A stretch of DNA of 50,593 nucleotides, the filler included, from Catajapyx aquilonaris (Eukaryota), in NCBI GenBank assembly GCA_000934665.2. It is 3 parts of 3 records of this genome, joined end to end, with 100 filler letters (N's around TTAATTAATTAA, not from the genome) between each part and the next. Parts side by side here need not be neighbours in the genome. Positions count along the whole stretch, not along the records: positions 1 to 16,798 come from JYFJ02007104.1; 2 more parts are not named here. One strand, written 5' to 3'. The notes below the pieces were generated by a model, which saw only the letters and a program-made list of their open reading frames with translations, had not been told where the DNA came from and did no database searches. A program made the translations under genes and the position numbers. Shown here piece by piece: positions 1 to 14,610 of this stretch; the first letter of the stretch is position 1; every line of letters begins with the position of its first letter.

Positions 1-3000
1 CGTCGTAAATAGGTCAGAGGGCGACGTTTACGTGGTACTGCGGTGGCAACGTGATAAAACGACATGGGTAATACCTATCAGAGTATCTGGTGTATTTATC
101 AGTCACCTCGCGCGTCACTCGTAATTAAATATCAAAATTTTGCTGTCATCCCTTCGATACTGTACAGTACATCGTGACTTCACCTGACAATTTTAATGCA
201 CGCACTAATTTATTACCCAATAGTCAATGGTGTGGGCTTTCACAAGGGATTTATGTGTGTCATCCTTTTTTATAACAGTATTTTAAAATATTACATTAAT
301 CATACCCGTCATTCATATTTTAAATATATTATATTTATTATTTAATTTTTTCCATTTGACTACCCCTACAGTAGCTTATACATTGATTGGTTTTATATTT
401 AAACATTATTTCAAAAAATTGCCAACACGCTCCAATGCCCTACAATGTCTTCTCAATATTAAAACAAATCCGTTTCCTTCAATCCCTGGCCTGACTCCCA
501 ATATCTCAATCCACCATCTATTTTCAGCCCCTTTTCGTTCGTATTGATGACCCACGCCTGCAGCTATACTCCAAAAGTCGCAACAAGACCACTCAAAAAA
601 AAAAAAAAAAGGTTGTCCAAGATGCAATATAGTGACCCGAGACGAGAAAATCCACGTGCAAAATGCANGGGACAGCAGAGCCACGTTATGAGTCCTGTGC
701 TATGAGCATCACAACCTCCCCAACCCAGCAACCAACCACCTCAGATGTGGGAAATAGGAAGGAGATTGCGCCGGGATGAGTTGGCGGCAAGAATTTGGGA
801 AACGCGATCAGGGCTCCGGATGCCCTCTCATCTCATTTCCAGCCTCAGGGCTCTCTCGCCTTTTATTTTTTTCCGCCAGTAAAAGGTGTTTACGCCCCTA
901 GCCGGCTCTTAAACACCAAAGTGTTGAGCTCCCACAAAATGTTGCCAAATCTCGCTAATCAGGCAAATTCCGGTTTGCTTCATATTTCCAGGAGTGATAT
1001 CTGACGTGGATGTCACCTGTCATATATGTCGCCCCCCATCCTGAAACGTGAGGGGCCTTATCTGAGGAGCCTCAATTTGTGGGATGGGGTTGTGCTTTTC
1101 CCCTCCCCCCATTTCGCACCCTGGGAATGGAAGATAAGTGTCGGAAGTGCTATGGCAAGCACGTACAGGACCTACGAGTGATGGTGCAGCCTAGGGATGT
1201 TGATCGGAGATCCATGTCAAGTCTAGAAGTCTCATGTTATTTTTTTTGCCAATGGTGCACGAACCGATTTTTATATACAATGGGTTAGGTAAGCAGGAGT
1301 TGAGGGTTCATTTGGAAGTTGAGAAGGTTGAGTGAGAATTAGTGGGTGTGGTGAAGGTAAATAATTCAATGCTGGCTTTGCCTCTCTAGACTCCTAAATT
1401 TGGGATCATCCTGGCTTGCATGCAACCGCACCCTTGTGTCACGGTTAGTATAACAATCAGGCTCACACTACAGTACTGTTCAATTTTATAAAAAAATATT
1501 TCCCTATACATAGGGTGCAATTTGGCCAGAAACATTCCGCCAGACAGGACTAATTTTATGTGACTTTCCGACTGTCGTGCATGCGGTTATTCATGAACTA
1601 GCGGAATATTAAACTGACCCCCAGCATGAGTTGCATATTAGAGTAGGTCCAGTGTCGCCACTAGAATAACACGTCAAAAACTTTTCGAGCTGGATTCTAG
1701 TGGCTTCACACTATACGAAACGATGAAAATTTCGGCCAGTTTTATCTAAATAACATGGCCCCCAAAAATTACGTAGATACACGATTGGAAAGTCGGTTCA
1801 CGCCCGCACTTAATATTTCACAGGGCATGTATGTTAAACATAATAATCGTATTAGAGCCCTGGGTAGATCACACGTCGTTCTGAGCAGTTCCCGACTCAT
1901 TCCGGGTCACAACTCTCCTTTTCGGTTGGTGCCCGCGTGCCAGAATTATTGGATTCTTCGGCTATGAGCTGAGAGGCATGCTTATTACTCCTGGTATGAA
2001 TTGGAGCGGGCACAAAGAGCCTCAGATAAAGGTGGGGGAGGGGGGGGAAGAGGGAGAGGGGGCCGCCCCTGGTCTTTTACATTCTGCAGTAATCCGGCTA
2101 AAGAGTCTGAAGCGGGTGCTCCCAGGAGAGATGGGGTTGATTAAGACTGATTCCATACACAGTGCAGTTTTTTCCCCTTCGTTTCATCCCCCCCATCTTG
2201 GAGGAAGGAAGAAGACTGGAGAAGAAGAGCTGCTGGCTAAGCAATTTAGAAATACCTGCAAGTCACTTAAGAGATGCCGGCTTGTGAAAGAGAGCCTGGT
2301 GCGGAATTAACGACACGTTATTAATTCCAAGCAAGGTGGGGAACGTCTTTATAGGACTGCTCTGCTCTTTTTTTGTGTGGAACACGATCCCTTAGTTAGC
2401 AAAGTTGCAGATAACCAGAGTAAAAGTCGGCTAATCTCGGTCTGGCAACAGATAATGTCGCAATAAGGCGTGTGCAACAACGCTTTTATTCGCTCAGTCG
2501 ATGGCAAACACTAAATTCATTCTGCTGAAAATCGGCGGTTTCAATAGTGACAATAGTTGAATATTTATTCAACAAATTACATTACATTTACACTATTTAC
2601 CTTATTAACTTATTAATTTCACGAACCTGCTGTTTTATTTGTACCCACGAATGTGTCCATTTTGTTCCAATTTGCAGTGTTCGGTATTTGACATTTGTTG
2701 CAACGCGAGCCTTCAATAGTTCAATGTAAATTTAAAATATTGTTTCGGACCGGAGTGTCGAACTAGGATGCACAATGCAGTTTCTGTGGTTGCAAGTCTT
2801 GGATGCAAAAAACATAAGCATTTGAGGCCAGCAATGGCAGGAGATGCAGATGGAAAAGATGGGCACAATAGTCGCGGTAGACAGAAGCAATCACGTGAGT
2901 ATCGTCATGGGAGCTGTTTGAACAGAAAACGGCAGCCGAACGAACGAGACTTTTCAGCCTGGCGCCAGCCAGGAAAGACTCGATTTGCAGATGTTTTGCA

Positions 3001-6000
3001 TACTGGTACAGTAGGAGGCCAAAACCGGCGGCTATGGAAAAGGAAAAGGCTTGCCATGGAACGCTTCCTCCTGAAACATTTGCATAATTGGAACAATGTG
3101 TGCGAAATTACGCTTCGTTGCTCCTCCTCCGCGATACATCTGCTTGCTAACGCCAGCCGTGAGATGAATATACTGCTGTGCATTCGAGCTTCAAGGAAAA
3201 GCCTCATTGCAAAAGGTAGGCTGCGTTAAGTACACATCAAATTCAGACTCGAAATTTTCGGTGGGATGAAAAAATATATATATTCAATATTTCCAGGCCC
3301 TGGAGTAATTCGCGTTCATTAGCGGCAGACTTATCCACTTCAAAGAAGATAACAGGCATGGTCTTCAATGGCCATACAACGGCTTAAGAAGATTAAGACG
3401 AAAAATTAGTTCGAAACGTTCCCATCCCGCGCTTCATAGCAAGGCATGAATTATGAACAAAGCAGGTACCCCGCTTAATCCAGCCAGAGCCAGTAAGGAT
3501 ATGAAAAAATCGAGTTCGCATGCGCCATTTCATCCAGCCCCCAGAATCCGGAAGAAAATTAAAATTCTCATATTCGCATGATCATACAGGCTGTATGGAC
3601 ATGACAGAAACTACGCTGAAACTATTATAAACCAACCGCGCGACTCTAATTCTATCGATTCAACAAGCATGTGACAGGCCTCCGCTTTTTTTTCTTGGAA
3701 GCTTCTAGGGGGCTATGTTACCGAATTAATTAGATCACATCCGAGGCTTAATAAATCGTGTTTCCTCTCGGTCTATAGACTTCTTTAAAAAAAAAAAATC
3801 CGGTTCTTTCTCCCGGATCAGTGAAGCGACTTTGGCTTGACAAGCAAAAGGCGCATCGCTGTCTTGCCTCTCGCTCACCTGATTGCCAAAGGAAGACGAG
3901 GAATACTTGGAAGGGACAAAAAAAATTGGGGTGTTAATGAGCGACATGCTGTATTGCATTAGCGTCAAGGAGTGCCTGCAGAAGGAGGAGGCTTTCCACC
4001 AGCTTGACAGCCGATCTGCATCTCCTTCCGCTCGGAAATCCCTCGGATTTTAAATTTAAAGGAGGGCCTGGAAACACCCAACTGTTTAAATACGGCACGT
4101 ACGATGTCCCCCATTTGGTTGGTATGATCAATCTGGACATTTCTAATAAAACGGGCAACCGCTTCCATCAAAAGATCCCCAAGCTGTCATCTCCCTCGGA
4201 AAAGCTGTATTGAACAGCTCCTCTGGGACATGCTGATGAAACTTGCCCAGAAAAAAAAAGCAGCGACACGCTTCATTATACCCTTGCATGTTTACCAATG
4301 TAAACGACCTCTCAACTCCCTTAAGACAAGCTCCTTGATTAAACTTTCTGCCATCCGCATCAAAAGCTGACATACACAAAATCCTATAGAAAATTCGCGA
4401 AAAGCATAGTTGGTTTGTCCAGGTCACATAACAACGGATTCACTATAGATGATTTTTGTAGATTTCGTAATTTTTTTACGAACGCAACCGTGTGCGCCAC
4501 ACAGTTCGCGCAGGGTGCACGGTTGCCATAGGGTCATTCGAGCTCAACGGAGTCAAAGTGTTTCTGGACCATCTCCGATGTTTCTGGGGGAAAAAATAAT
4601 CATGGCTATAGTGTATGCTCTCTGTATAGTGGGTGTACTGCGCTGCACTTATCTCCAACGCTATATGCTTGGGGTGAAAACAAAATGGCCGACATTTACG
4701 ACGTTGCCAAAGCTCTAGAACCAAAGCGTATAATAACTTTAGATTTATAACAATTATGTGCCTCTTGCTATTTTTTAAACAAATTATTGAAGTTCCTCTC
4801 CACTGTGGAGCCGCATAGGGAGCAACAACCAAACACGAAGTGGCTATTCCTGGAGCAACTATTTATATTATTATCCTCTTTGTCTAGAACGAACTCTGGC
4901 AACGTTGTCAGAACAATGGAGCTGCGCGAGTGTGGGTGCGCACTCAATTTGGGTTCAACTATATATGTATAATTTTTGAGTGTTTTTTTTGGAGGGCATG
5001 ACGTCAGCATGGAGATGAATAGACCCTCGGTTCTGCAACCAATTCCAGCTCCTCTTTTCACTGGGTCCTTGATTAAAGGTGGCGTTTAATCACGCCCCCG
5101 CCACCAACATCACCCGAAATTTCTGCTGGGAAAGCGCTACTCCAACTGTTGTCCACGGCCCCGCGTAATTGCTCTCCGGTAAAGCCACTGCTGACTGAAG
5201 CCTTCCATATGACATTTCACTCGCGTTGCACTATTTTTTTGTCAACCTGTCCTGATCCCTGTCGTGCTCTTCACCCTTGAAGTGTCAAAGAGTTCGCAAT
5301 TGTGCAGAAATTCGGTTGCGAAAATCGGATTAATTTTGTGCACTAATTTTGTCACCTGGGTCAATTCGCGGTAAGGGGGTCGAAGTAACAAGTGCGTGTA
5401 ACATGGTGAAAGCTAAGCCTAGCCATCCTCCGGAACTAATGAGCGACAATAATTGAAATGCCAAACTCGTGCGTTGGATATTAAAGCTTATTCAATCACG
5501 TTTCGAGCATGGGAGGGATGGGATATAGGATGGGTTGGGGTGGGTCCAGTATTTCGATCCGTTGGCCGCCACCTAAATGATAACCGCTTTTAATTTGCGG
5601 ATTTGATGGGCAGCCCGCATACAACGTGCATGAAATGGATTTCCGGAATATCTATCAGCAAGGAATCTGCAACTGCCAGCCCAGCAGGATCAAATAACTA
5701 ATAACGCGTTGGCAGCATACATTGCAGATTTTTTTTTTTGTGCGAAAAAAGAAAACTCAATTTGGAGGGGTATTAATTCGTTTCATTTCAAAGATTATGT
5801 CATATACAGGCGAGTAATCAGCACAAAAATTGTTGCTCTGTTCTTTGTACGTTGGTGACTAATAACGTGCACACATATTACAAGTTTTTAACATAATAGA
5901 ATTCAATTTGAGTATTAATTCGTGGCATTTACAAAAATCATTCAGGCATGTAACTTACTGTAAGCCTGAATATTTCCACTGTTCGTAATTAATGACTAAA

Positions 6001-9000
6001 ATGCGCCGTTGCTCCTGGGGAACACTTTGCACCTTTTTTCCATTTGGATATTAATTTCTACTATTGCAAAGATCATGCTAGGCACCTGAGTAAGGTCGTC
6101 CCCTGTGAGCAATCAGAGCGGAGTTTTGCACCGTTCTCTATTTCTTTATGGAAGCCATGCAGCTGGCAGGCTCCTTGAAAGCACCATTAACAAGTTCCCT
6201 CTCAGGTAATTAGTGCTGGCCGGATTACTTTTGTCCCAGTTCGCTTCTCATAACCTATCTCTCTCGGGGACTACAAAAGCCAACCGGAGTTTTATGTACT
6301 TTTGGAATTCTTCTTTTTGTTAGTCAGGTCACCTGCAAATATTTTCCGCTATAAACAGGTTTGACTCCACATGAATAATAGACACACCCTAAAATCTCGA
6401 CTTGAAATGCACAGACAGCAGGCTGCAGATATTAATTTGCGAGAAGCCGGTCTTAGCCCCTACTAAATCCCAAACAGAAACTTGAGGCATCGGGGTCGGA
6501 CCAAGTTGTAATACCACCTCTTAAGACTAGTGTAGGGGGGGCTTATAGATTCAGGAGCTTTTCTGTGTGTGCAAAATTCTATCGTTCGATACTTGCATTT
6601 TCAGTTGGCAAGAGAAACACTGAGGCTCTGTTTGCTGCTATTCTCGCCTCCTCTAGACGAAAGCCCCCTAGGCGCATTAGGGCCCAATCTTGAATTGCCA
6701 GAGCTTCCTTACTAGTTTGTAATCCCACCAGGATTAACAATAGACCGAGGCAAGTGTTTAACTGTTAGTCCTGCAGGCAAAATTTGGGCAGATAGTGACT
6801 GACGCTCCTATTTCAGGACCGCATTATTCATTCTGCTGGAGACATTTTCATTTGGAATTAAGATCTAGAATATTATTCATTCAAAAATTGATCCGGATCG
6901 GATTGGTTGTAATGAAGCAGGATCTGTGTTTCATTTCCGGTTTTTGCTCCCAAGAATGGCTTCCTCCCAGCTTATTAATGGTCGGGGAGGAATTTTCAAA
7001 ACCGGTGATGTGTGACCTGTCGTAAGTGTAATTACAAGGTCAAAGAGCAGGGGCCCCGGGAATGTCTTGCAGGGCGGATAATGCTGGCCATATTTCCTTG
7101 CGCCATCTTCCCGCGGCAAATTGCACGCTCGTTACCACTGGAACTAATTTTCGTTCGCGGTGAAAAACGTGGCTAATTAGATGGTTATGAAAAGGACAAC
7201 CGTGCGTCAATCCGGGGGGGTTTATACAAAAGGAAAATTTCAACAGATGGTTTAATATTACCCTAAGTCAACATGGAACTTAAATTTTTGGAACAATTCG
7301 CGACAAGTGGGCGTACTATTATGGTTCATTACCATATCTCTTGCACAAATAAGCCTGAAATTTCCTTATAAAAGCAAAGGTGCATTTGAATTGGTGGAAA
7401 TGATAATATACTTTTCCAGCTTCAGCTTTTGGATAGGTAATTTCGTGACACATTATCAGTACTGTGCTTACTGAGCGTGATTACAAACATGATGCCCTGA
7501 TGGTCGCATGAAACTAATGAAATTAATTTTATTCCCAGTGACATGCAAAGTGATATTTATTTTATGAAAAATTACGGATAAAAATGTGTCTTTTGTGACC
7601 CTTCAGCCAGCCAGAAATTCGGTTGGACAAGAGCCAGATTATTGTCAACAATGGGGTTTTCAAAATTTCCTCTCATTTATCCAGTCGGTTGGACTTAAGT
7701 ACACATATGCATGGCATGAAACATACGCCTAGTCCTGAGACACCATTTCTTCATAATGCCCAGTCCACTTAAATTGTTGATTTATGGCACATACTTACGC
7801 TTATTACACCAACGCATTAGCATGCATAAGCGTGATTAATTATGCCTTCAGGAAGTGCGGACATATACCGTAGTTTGCTGTGCATAAGATAATAAATATT
7901 CACTCGACTCCTGGAGAGATAAACGGGTATAAGGTCCGCAGACTGTACATAACAAGTGAGCAGCCGCGCAATTTCAAATGCAAAACTGCTGCAAACGTCT
8001 CCCTCGAGATTTGATCTCAGGCAAGACTCGTCTAATTGCGTTATTCCTGTTTTAGTTTAGAACTAATTGCAACTCCCGTCGGACATGCCTGGAAATATAG
8101 TGCACAATTGTCAAATTTCATGTCGTATCATTATTAACGAATTTCAACCCAAAAAAAATCTGCTATACAGTATGCAATTATTCGATTTGCGGAAATAGTT
8201 TTAAAGAATATTTCTTCCTTTTTACAAAAATGTATCCTTTAACTCGCCTGTTGGCAACACCAGGTCGATCCTGATCGAAAATCATAATCCTTTCCAAGCT
8301 TTTCCTGTAAATGTTGATTACTGCTGATTATCGAAGTCAATGCTAGAGCAAACATCAAAAAGTCGGGCGGGGGATTCAACAGTACACTAGTCCCCCCTAC
8401 AGGCAGTGTGTGGTCGCGACATGTGGAACTCCGCAATATTTTTTATCAGTTTCCGATGCGGGGCATCATTGAGCTGGGGCTTGTCAAGCTCACAAAAACC
8501 CAGAGAACTAACGCATTTCGATCTTGCCAATTCTCTCTGTGACAGTCGGATTAAATCAACACTTCTTGCAGATTTATTTTTTTTTTGCTAAAAAAAAGGG
8601 GGGGGCTAAAAGTGCGGTGGGGGTATAATCCCTGCGGCTGTACAAACCTAGACTGCATGAATGCATCGAGGTCCACAATGGACTGCACTACACATTTTGG
8701 GATAACGAAAGATAAAGCACTCACCAAAAGCGCCAGATATTATTTATGGGTTTTGCAAAAAAAAAAAAATCGCAAAACGATGTTATTAACCAAAATACTA
8801 TTTTGGGCGCAAGATAAACTGTGCGTGTAGCCAACAATCCCTCTTAGCCAACCGGTTTAATATTCAGCTTCTTTCACCCGGAAACGCAAACGCGGCCGAA
8901 AACTAAACACAGATGCGTTGCTCTTTTCCGCGGAAATAATGTAGCCTAAATATTAAAAGAATTTGATTTAATTATTACCGTGCACTGTACAATTCGCGGG

Positions 9001-10056
9001 CCCCATTAATTTTGCATACAGGAATTAAGCAGTGTGGTCATTATATGAAAAATCAGTACAGTTCTCAGTATATAATAGTTCAAGTCATGGGTCGTGTACT
9101 TTAATATTAATAATTTTTGTACGCTATTATGAGAAATGGGCCTGAAACGAATTTTTGGATTAAATTTAAAATATTTCAACTCGACCCATTTAGAGAGTGA
9201 CCACCAGAGTTGGCTAACCCGTGCACATCCCAGTGTCAACCAGGGTCACCTATTAACAGGGGCTGCTCCAAACGACCACTCTTCTCTCCCTGCAAATTAC
9301 TCCTCATTCATTAAAGGGCAGCTGTCCTACTGAATTAATCCGATAACGGTAGCCACCACTCCGCACACTAAAACACGCCCCGTAATTAAAAGTAGACTCC
9401 ATAAATGCGCATTTTAGCGCTTTTTTTTCATAGAAATTCCGGGATTATAGCGGGGTCGTCCCAGCCTCCTTGTGCAGGGTTTCCTTTAATTAGTGCGCTG
9501 TAGTGCGTCCCGCAAATATGCAGGGCCTTAAGGAGACTGAGGTGGTGGCAGAAGGCTGAAGAGGATGAGGGGGGAGGCAATGCATGCAAGAGGAGGAAGA
9601 AGCTTAGGGCCAAATTTCAATTAGGACTCCGGCAATCCCCCGACTGCGGGGCAGCCAGCCGAGCGCCGGCGCCATTTCTCATTCAAATGAGCGCCAGTCA
9701 TTATTCCCGGAAGCAAATCCGGAGTTGCCTCCGGGGGGGATTTCTATTCCCTCTAGCCCTCCCATGGCGTCACCCTACTCTTAACCCACTGGGCCTGCTG
9801 GAGAGAGGTGCGGGTAAATGTGCCAGAAAGAATTTCGAATGGCGCGGACTCTGAGGTTACCTCAGGTGATTCCGGACCATTTTACTGCCGGATGGCTCCC
9901 CCCCAAAAAAGGGGGTCGACACGTTTCGTTCCACACGGTTTCGGCCTAATGCTAACCGGTTGTATGAAAGCGAATTATGCAAAAAAATCTCCGATTAAAC
10001 CTGCCAAAAAGTGTGCCATTTTTACCTGGCATAAATTTTAAACGACCTTCAATGAC

Positions 10057-10591
10057 ATATTGGCAATGTATCAATATCGATGTTAATGATGCACCAAGGT
10101 ATCGATATAAAGAATGCGCAAATATATCGATATTAGCAATGTATAAATATCGATGTTAATGATGCACCAAGGTATCGATATAAAGAATGCGCAAATATAT
10201 CGATATTCCTGATATAGAAATATATCGATATTGGCAATGCATAAATATCGATATTAATGATGCACCAAGGTATCGTTCTAAAGCATGCGCAAATATATCG
10301 ATATTCATGATATAGAAATTGGCAATGCATAAATATCGATATTAATGATGCACCAAGGTATCGATATTAAGAATGCGCAAATATAATTATCTCGATATTC
10401 CTGATATAGAAATCTATCGATATTAAATACTGCACATACATCGATATTCCTTATGCAAAAATATATCGATGTTCCTGATGTAGAAATATACCAATATTCC
10501 TGATCCATCAAGATATCGATATTAATGCTGCACCATTATCGATATTTCTGATGCACCAATATATTCGCGATGAACCGATATATCGATATTC
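10057..10591. repeat. Degenerate tandem array rich in (A)TATCGAT(A) palindromes, ~73-bp core unit
   Basis: The unit atattggcaatg..aatatcgatgttaatgatgcaccaaggtatcgatataaagaatgcgcaaatatatcg starts at 10057 and 10130 and recurs with variation; it decays into short atatcgatattcctga subunits. Confidence 0.9.
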
Positions 10592-13500
10592 CTAGGTGAC
10601 ATCCTCAGCCCGTGATGAGCTCCTGACTCCGGACAAACCGACAGGACTTTCTACTTTATATACATACATGAAATCTGCAGGAAGCGACTCTTGGGATGAC
10701 TTTCGCCGGCACTACTGCCATCTAGCTATCTCTCGGAAGTCAAGCAGGAACAAAGCATGACAGGTAATATCGCAGCCTGGAGCGTCGCATGCCTACGCGT
10801 CCTTCTCATTGACAAGTCCTGTCTGCTCTGCGCTCGCCCTAAGGTTTTGCAGGAATCCAATATATGCGCCATATCCTTTTGTTATTTGACTGCTCCGCTG
10901 CCTAGATCTACGATATATATAAAAAAAATAGGAGCAATCCTAGTCGAAACATACCAAACTCCCAATTTTTCTAAAAACTAAAAACCATTTCTCCGAATTC
11001 AACCCTGCCGGATTGAAAATTACCAGACATCAGCAGGTTAATCCCATGAATAAGAATACAGCAGGCGGGGCCAAAAGACGGGATCCATATTCATAAGCGG
11101 GCTCCCCCCATCTTGTCGAGGGAATTTGGGCCTGATGATCAGCCCTCGCTGAAATGCAAATTAATCAAGCTGGGGACTTTCCATTTGCATTCGGGTTAGC
11201 TCGTGCCTGCTCTGCTCTGCGCTCTGTCCGGGCCCCCACATCTCCCGGCGGGATGAGTGGCCTCAGACCTATATACTAATAAATTGGCTTAAACTTATCC
11301 CCCTGGCCCTACTGCCATGGATACAACTGCCTCCGACGGATCCCAGACCAAATCCCTACGAATAATCTACTCTTGACTAATGTGCGAGCACCTGCTTCAC
11401 CTGCGCTGTGGCCATATTGCGGTTGTGGGACGACTAATGTGATGGAAGTTCAGCAGAGGTTATTGGCACCGACATGTGGACAAAATGGGTGCGGCACATA
11501 CACTCTCCTAGGGGGCAATGGAATTTGCATCATATAATTATTATTACTACTAGTACTGCTACTATGGTAAGGCATGTGCTGAAAAACAAGAAAATCATTC
11601 GTATTAATAACTCTGCACCTGCAAACTGCTATACTGTAACAAGGGCGGCAGTACGACATATCCCTTTCAGCTGCTAGAATCCATCAGAAAAGAAGTCCAT
11701 GACCTCATTAAAAGCCTTTGGGTGCTCCGGATATTAATGCATTTTATAAAACAACCACAAGGAAGTTGCAGCAAAGAGAAGCCAAACTTGCCAGCAGCCA
11801 CATCAAGGACTCCTTGGCTTCGACAGAGCATCACAGCTCCTCGCTCGCCTGACTTCTAACAGGCAAATTCTGCGGTACATGATGGCTTCTAAGAATTTTG
11901 CCCAAAAATTTGCACTTGCTCATCAGCATGATCAATCATGCATGTTACTAACCAATAATTACTTCACCAGAAGCAAGAGTAATTATTTAAGCCTCGCTTT
12001 CTGTACAGTAGTCACTTCATACTTGACAAACTGGAAAACAAAAATGGTGTGGCAGTTACAGAACAATTTAAATGCCGGTCAAATTGTCTGATGTTTATTA
12101 TCAATTTCGAATACAACTCAATGGACCTTGCAAATGTCATGAGTTACTTCCTCCCTCTCCTAAACAAATTGTGTAGTGGAGCATTTCATACTGCTTTGAG
12201 ATACATTTCCTATTACAGATTTAATCACCAAGTTGTGTGAGTGGCTGAATTATTGCACACTATCTGTTACAAACAGAATAATTTCTCTGACACCACAATC
12301 CACCAAGTTCACCGGGTGGCCTATTGAAGACACGTCAATGGCGTGTCTTCATTCATCAAAGCAGAATCAATGCATGTATTTAGACTAGTGTTTACCAAAT
12401 GTTTTGTTCCCATTTGCTATTACAATATTTCTCATTACTGCTAAATAATATCATGGTTACACCAAACAGGCGGTACCAGAACCATACAATGCGCTTGTAT
12501 AACTATGGAATTTGGACGTGACACAGCATAACACTCTACACATTGCAATAATTTTATATAGTTCATGTTTTAAAACGCACCATACAATGACATGTTTCTG
12601 GGCATCATCCCCATCAGTAATGATTCGAGTTAATCTCAAGTAAAAGCCCCACAGTACGCAGCATACTGCCAAGATTATCTGTGATCATTAAAGGTGAGAA
12701 TGGCAATAAATGACAAATAAATTACACCTGATATTGACCCTTACAGCCTGAATTACACATCCTCACTTAAATTAACTGAAAACTCATTCAAGACCCTCCA
12801 AAAGTGGAACAACATTCATCTGGGATCCACACCAGTCAAAATGTCTCTTGCTTTTCAAGTGGTCATCCAACTAAGGTAACTGGCCAAGCAACCTAATGGC
12901 TGATAAATACACCCTCTGATATTAATACTTGCTCAAGCATGTATCCAGTTGACACATGGGTGAGGCATGCACAGACAGCCAGATAGCTCAAGTTGCTTTG
13001 GTCTTTCCCAATCAAACAAACAAACGTAGCCAGTGGATAAGCAAGAAGTCAATGACACTTGTACTGAAAAGGGTGCTAGATAACTAGCATTCTCAATAGC
13101 ACAGTTTACGAATGTAGAGTCAATATCTGGCGTATAATAACTTCCGAGGTACGCAGCCTGTATTTTCATATGGTGATAAAAAAGGGAGGGAGGTACCGGT
13201 AAATGATAATCACGTAACAGCACAGCTGAACGTGATAACTAGAACCTATCAGGCAGCACCATTTCCCATATTTTTATGCTGTTCTCCACCAATCTGAGGT
13301 TCAACAAACCTCCAACACCAACTTATTAAAAAATAATTTAAAAATTAAAATGATTGAAAAATCCAAACCTCCCATCCCTTTTGCACATTTCTGCCTTCAT
13401 ACGAACACTACCTGTACCAACATGAGCAAAGAGTGCAGAAGGACAAAATGTCCAATGGAACTGTGGCCATTGAAACATTTACCTGCACCAAGAAACAATC

Positions 13501-14300
13501 TTGCCTAATGGCAAGTTGAAATTGTACTCTGGGTTGTTAAGAGTTGGTTAAGAATTTTTGTAAAAGTTTTTGGGAAGTAATTTTGTTTCCCAGCAACTTC
13601 TTTTTCTCATATTGGTACAGCAAGGTTTATTTTCAAAATGCAATTAACCCTGTCTGTAGTAGAATGATTATTATTTTTGCCATAACAAATTTCCTTGTCG
13701 ATGAAGGTTTCTGTAACATGTGGTGGCACATTGCCTAAGCAGACACCTCCAAAAGCAGAGTATAAAACACAATGGATCACTCCTACAGTTGCAGATGTGC
13801 ATTACCACTGGTAGATCCCAGTTAGTCACAGAAGTGCTATGCACATCTGCAACTAGAGATAGCAATCCATTACATGCTAACTTTGCCCCGCTGTTGGAAG
13901 CATCAGCTTCGACACTGTACCACCTCATATGTGGCAGACATACAGTAGTACCGTACATTAAAAATCCTCAACACAGAACAAACAACATAATGGACAAGTT
14001 TCCTATGAATCCAGCATCCATTACAGACAGGTTTCATTGAACAGTAGCATATTTTAGATTCACTGAATTACAATTCCTTCAGGAATAGATGATGCAAGTT
14101 TACAGCAAGTTTCTCTAAAAAAATTAATATGAAATGCTTCCTTGATTTTCTTGCATTACTTGCATTTCAAAGCTGAATGTAAAGGATACCATCTAAAGTT
14201 ACACCTACACTGGTTTCAAAAAGACATGTAAGACAATCAACTTTGAAAGTGAAAGCTAGCCTCTCAATATTATGCAGCCTGCAACAATAACAAGATGCAT

Positions 14301-14610
14301 GGGTGGTATGGTGATGTAGTGGCTAATGTCACAACCTTTCACCTCTCAAGTCCTGCATTCGATCCCTGGGTTGAACAGAGGATTCAAATGTGGAAAGATT
14401 TTGAGAGGTTCTCTCCGTGTTCACAGGGGGTTTTCTCGGGGTGCGCCCATTTCCTCCCACACTCCAAATCTCTTCTCCTCCTCTCAACTATGTCAGCTAG
14501 ATACCCTTAGTTGCTTTGGCTCCCTTATCAATCAATCAATCAACCAACCAACCTATATTACATAGCCTTAGTTGCTTTGGCTCCCCAATCAACCAGTCCA
14601 ATCAATCAAG
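14301..14610 (+). mobile_element. tRNA-derived SINE with V-SINE-like central domain
   Basis: The head has A-box-like ggtgatgtagtgg and B-box-like attcgatcc. The core ggttctctccgtgttcacagggggttttctcggggtgcgcccatttcctcccacactccaaa resembles the V-SINE domain. The tail is (caat/caac)n, and the 3' segment ccttagttgctttggctccc is duplicated. Confidence 0.75.

Noticed and set aside
1651..1712. Short hairpin agtgtcgccactagaat...attctagtggcttcacact
   Set aside because: Only about an 11-bp perfect stem, and element boundaries could not be defined.
2768..3229. 153-aa ORF
   Set aside because: No recognisable motif; at most a decayed TE.
3735..4972. Cluster of short ORFs that might be a decayed TE or viral gene
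   Set aside because: No diagnostic motif identified; it would need BLASTX.
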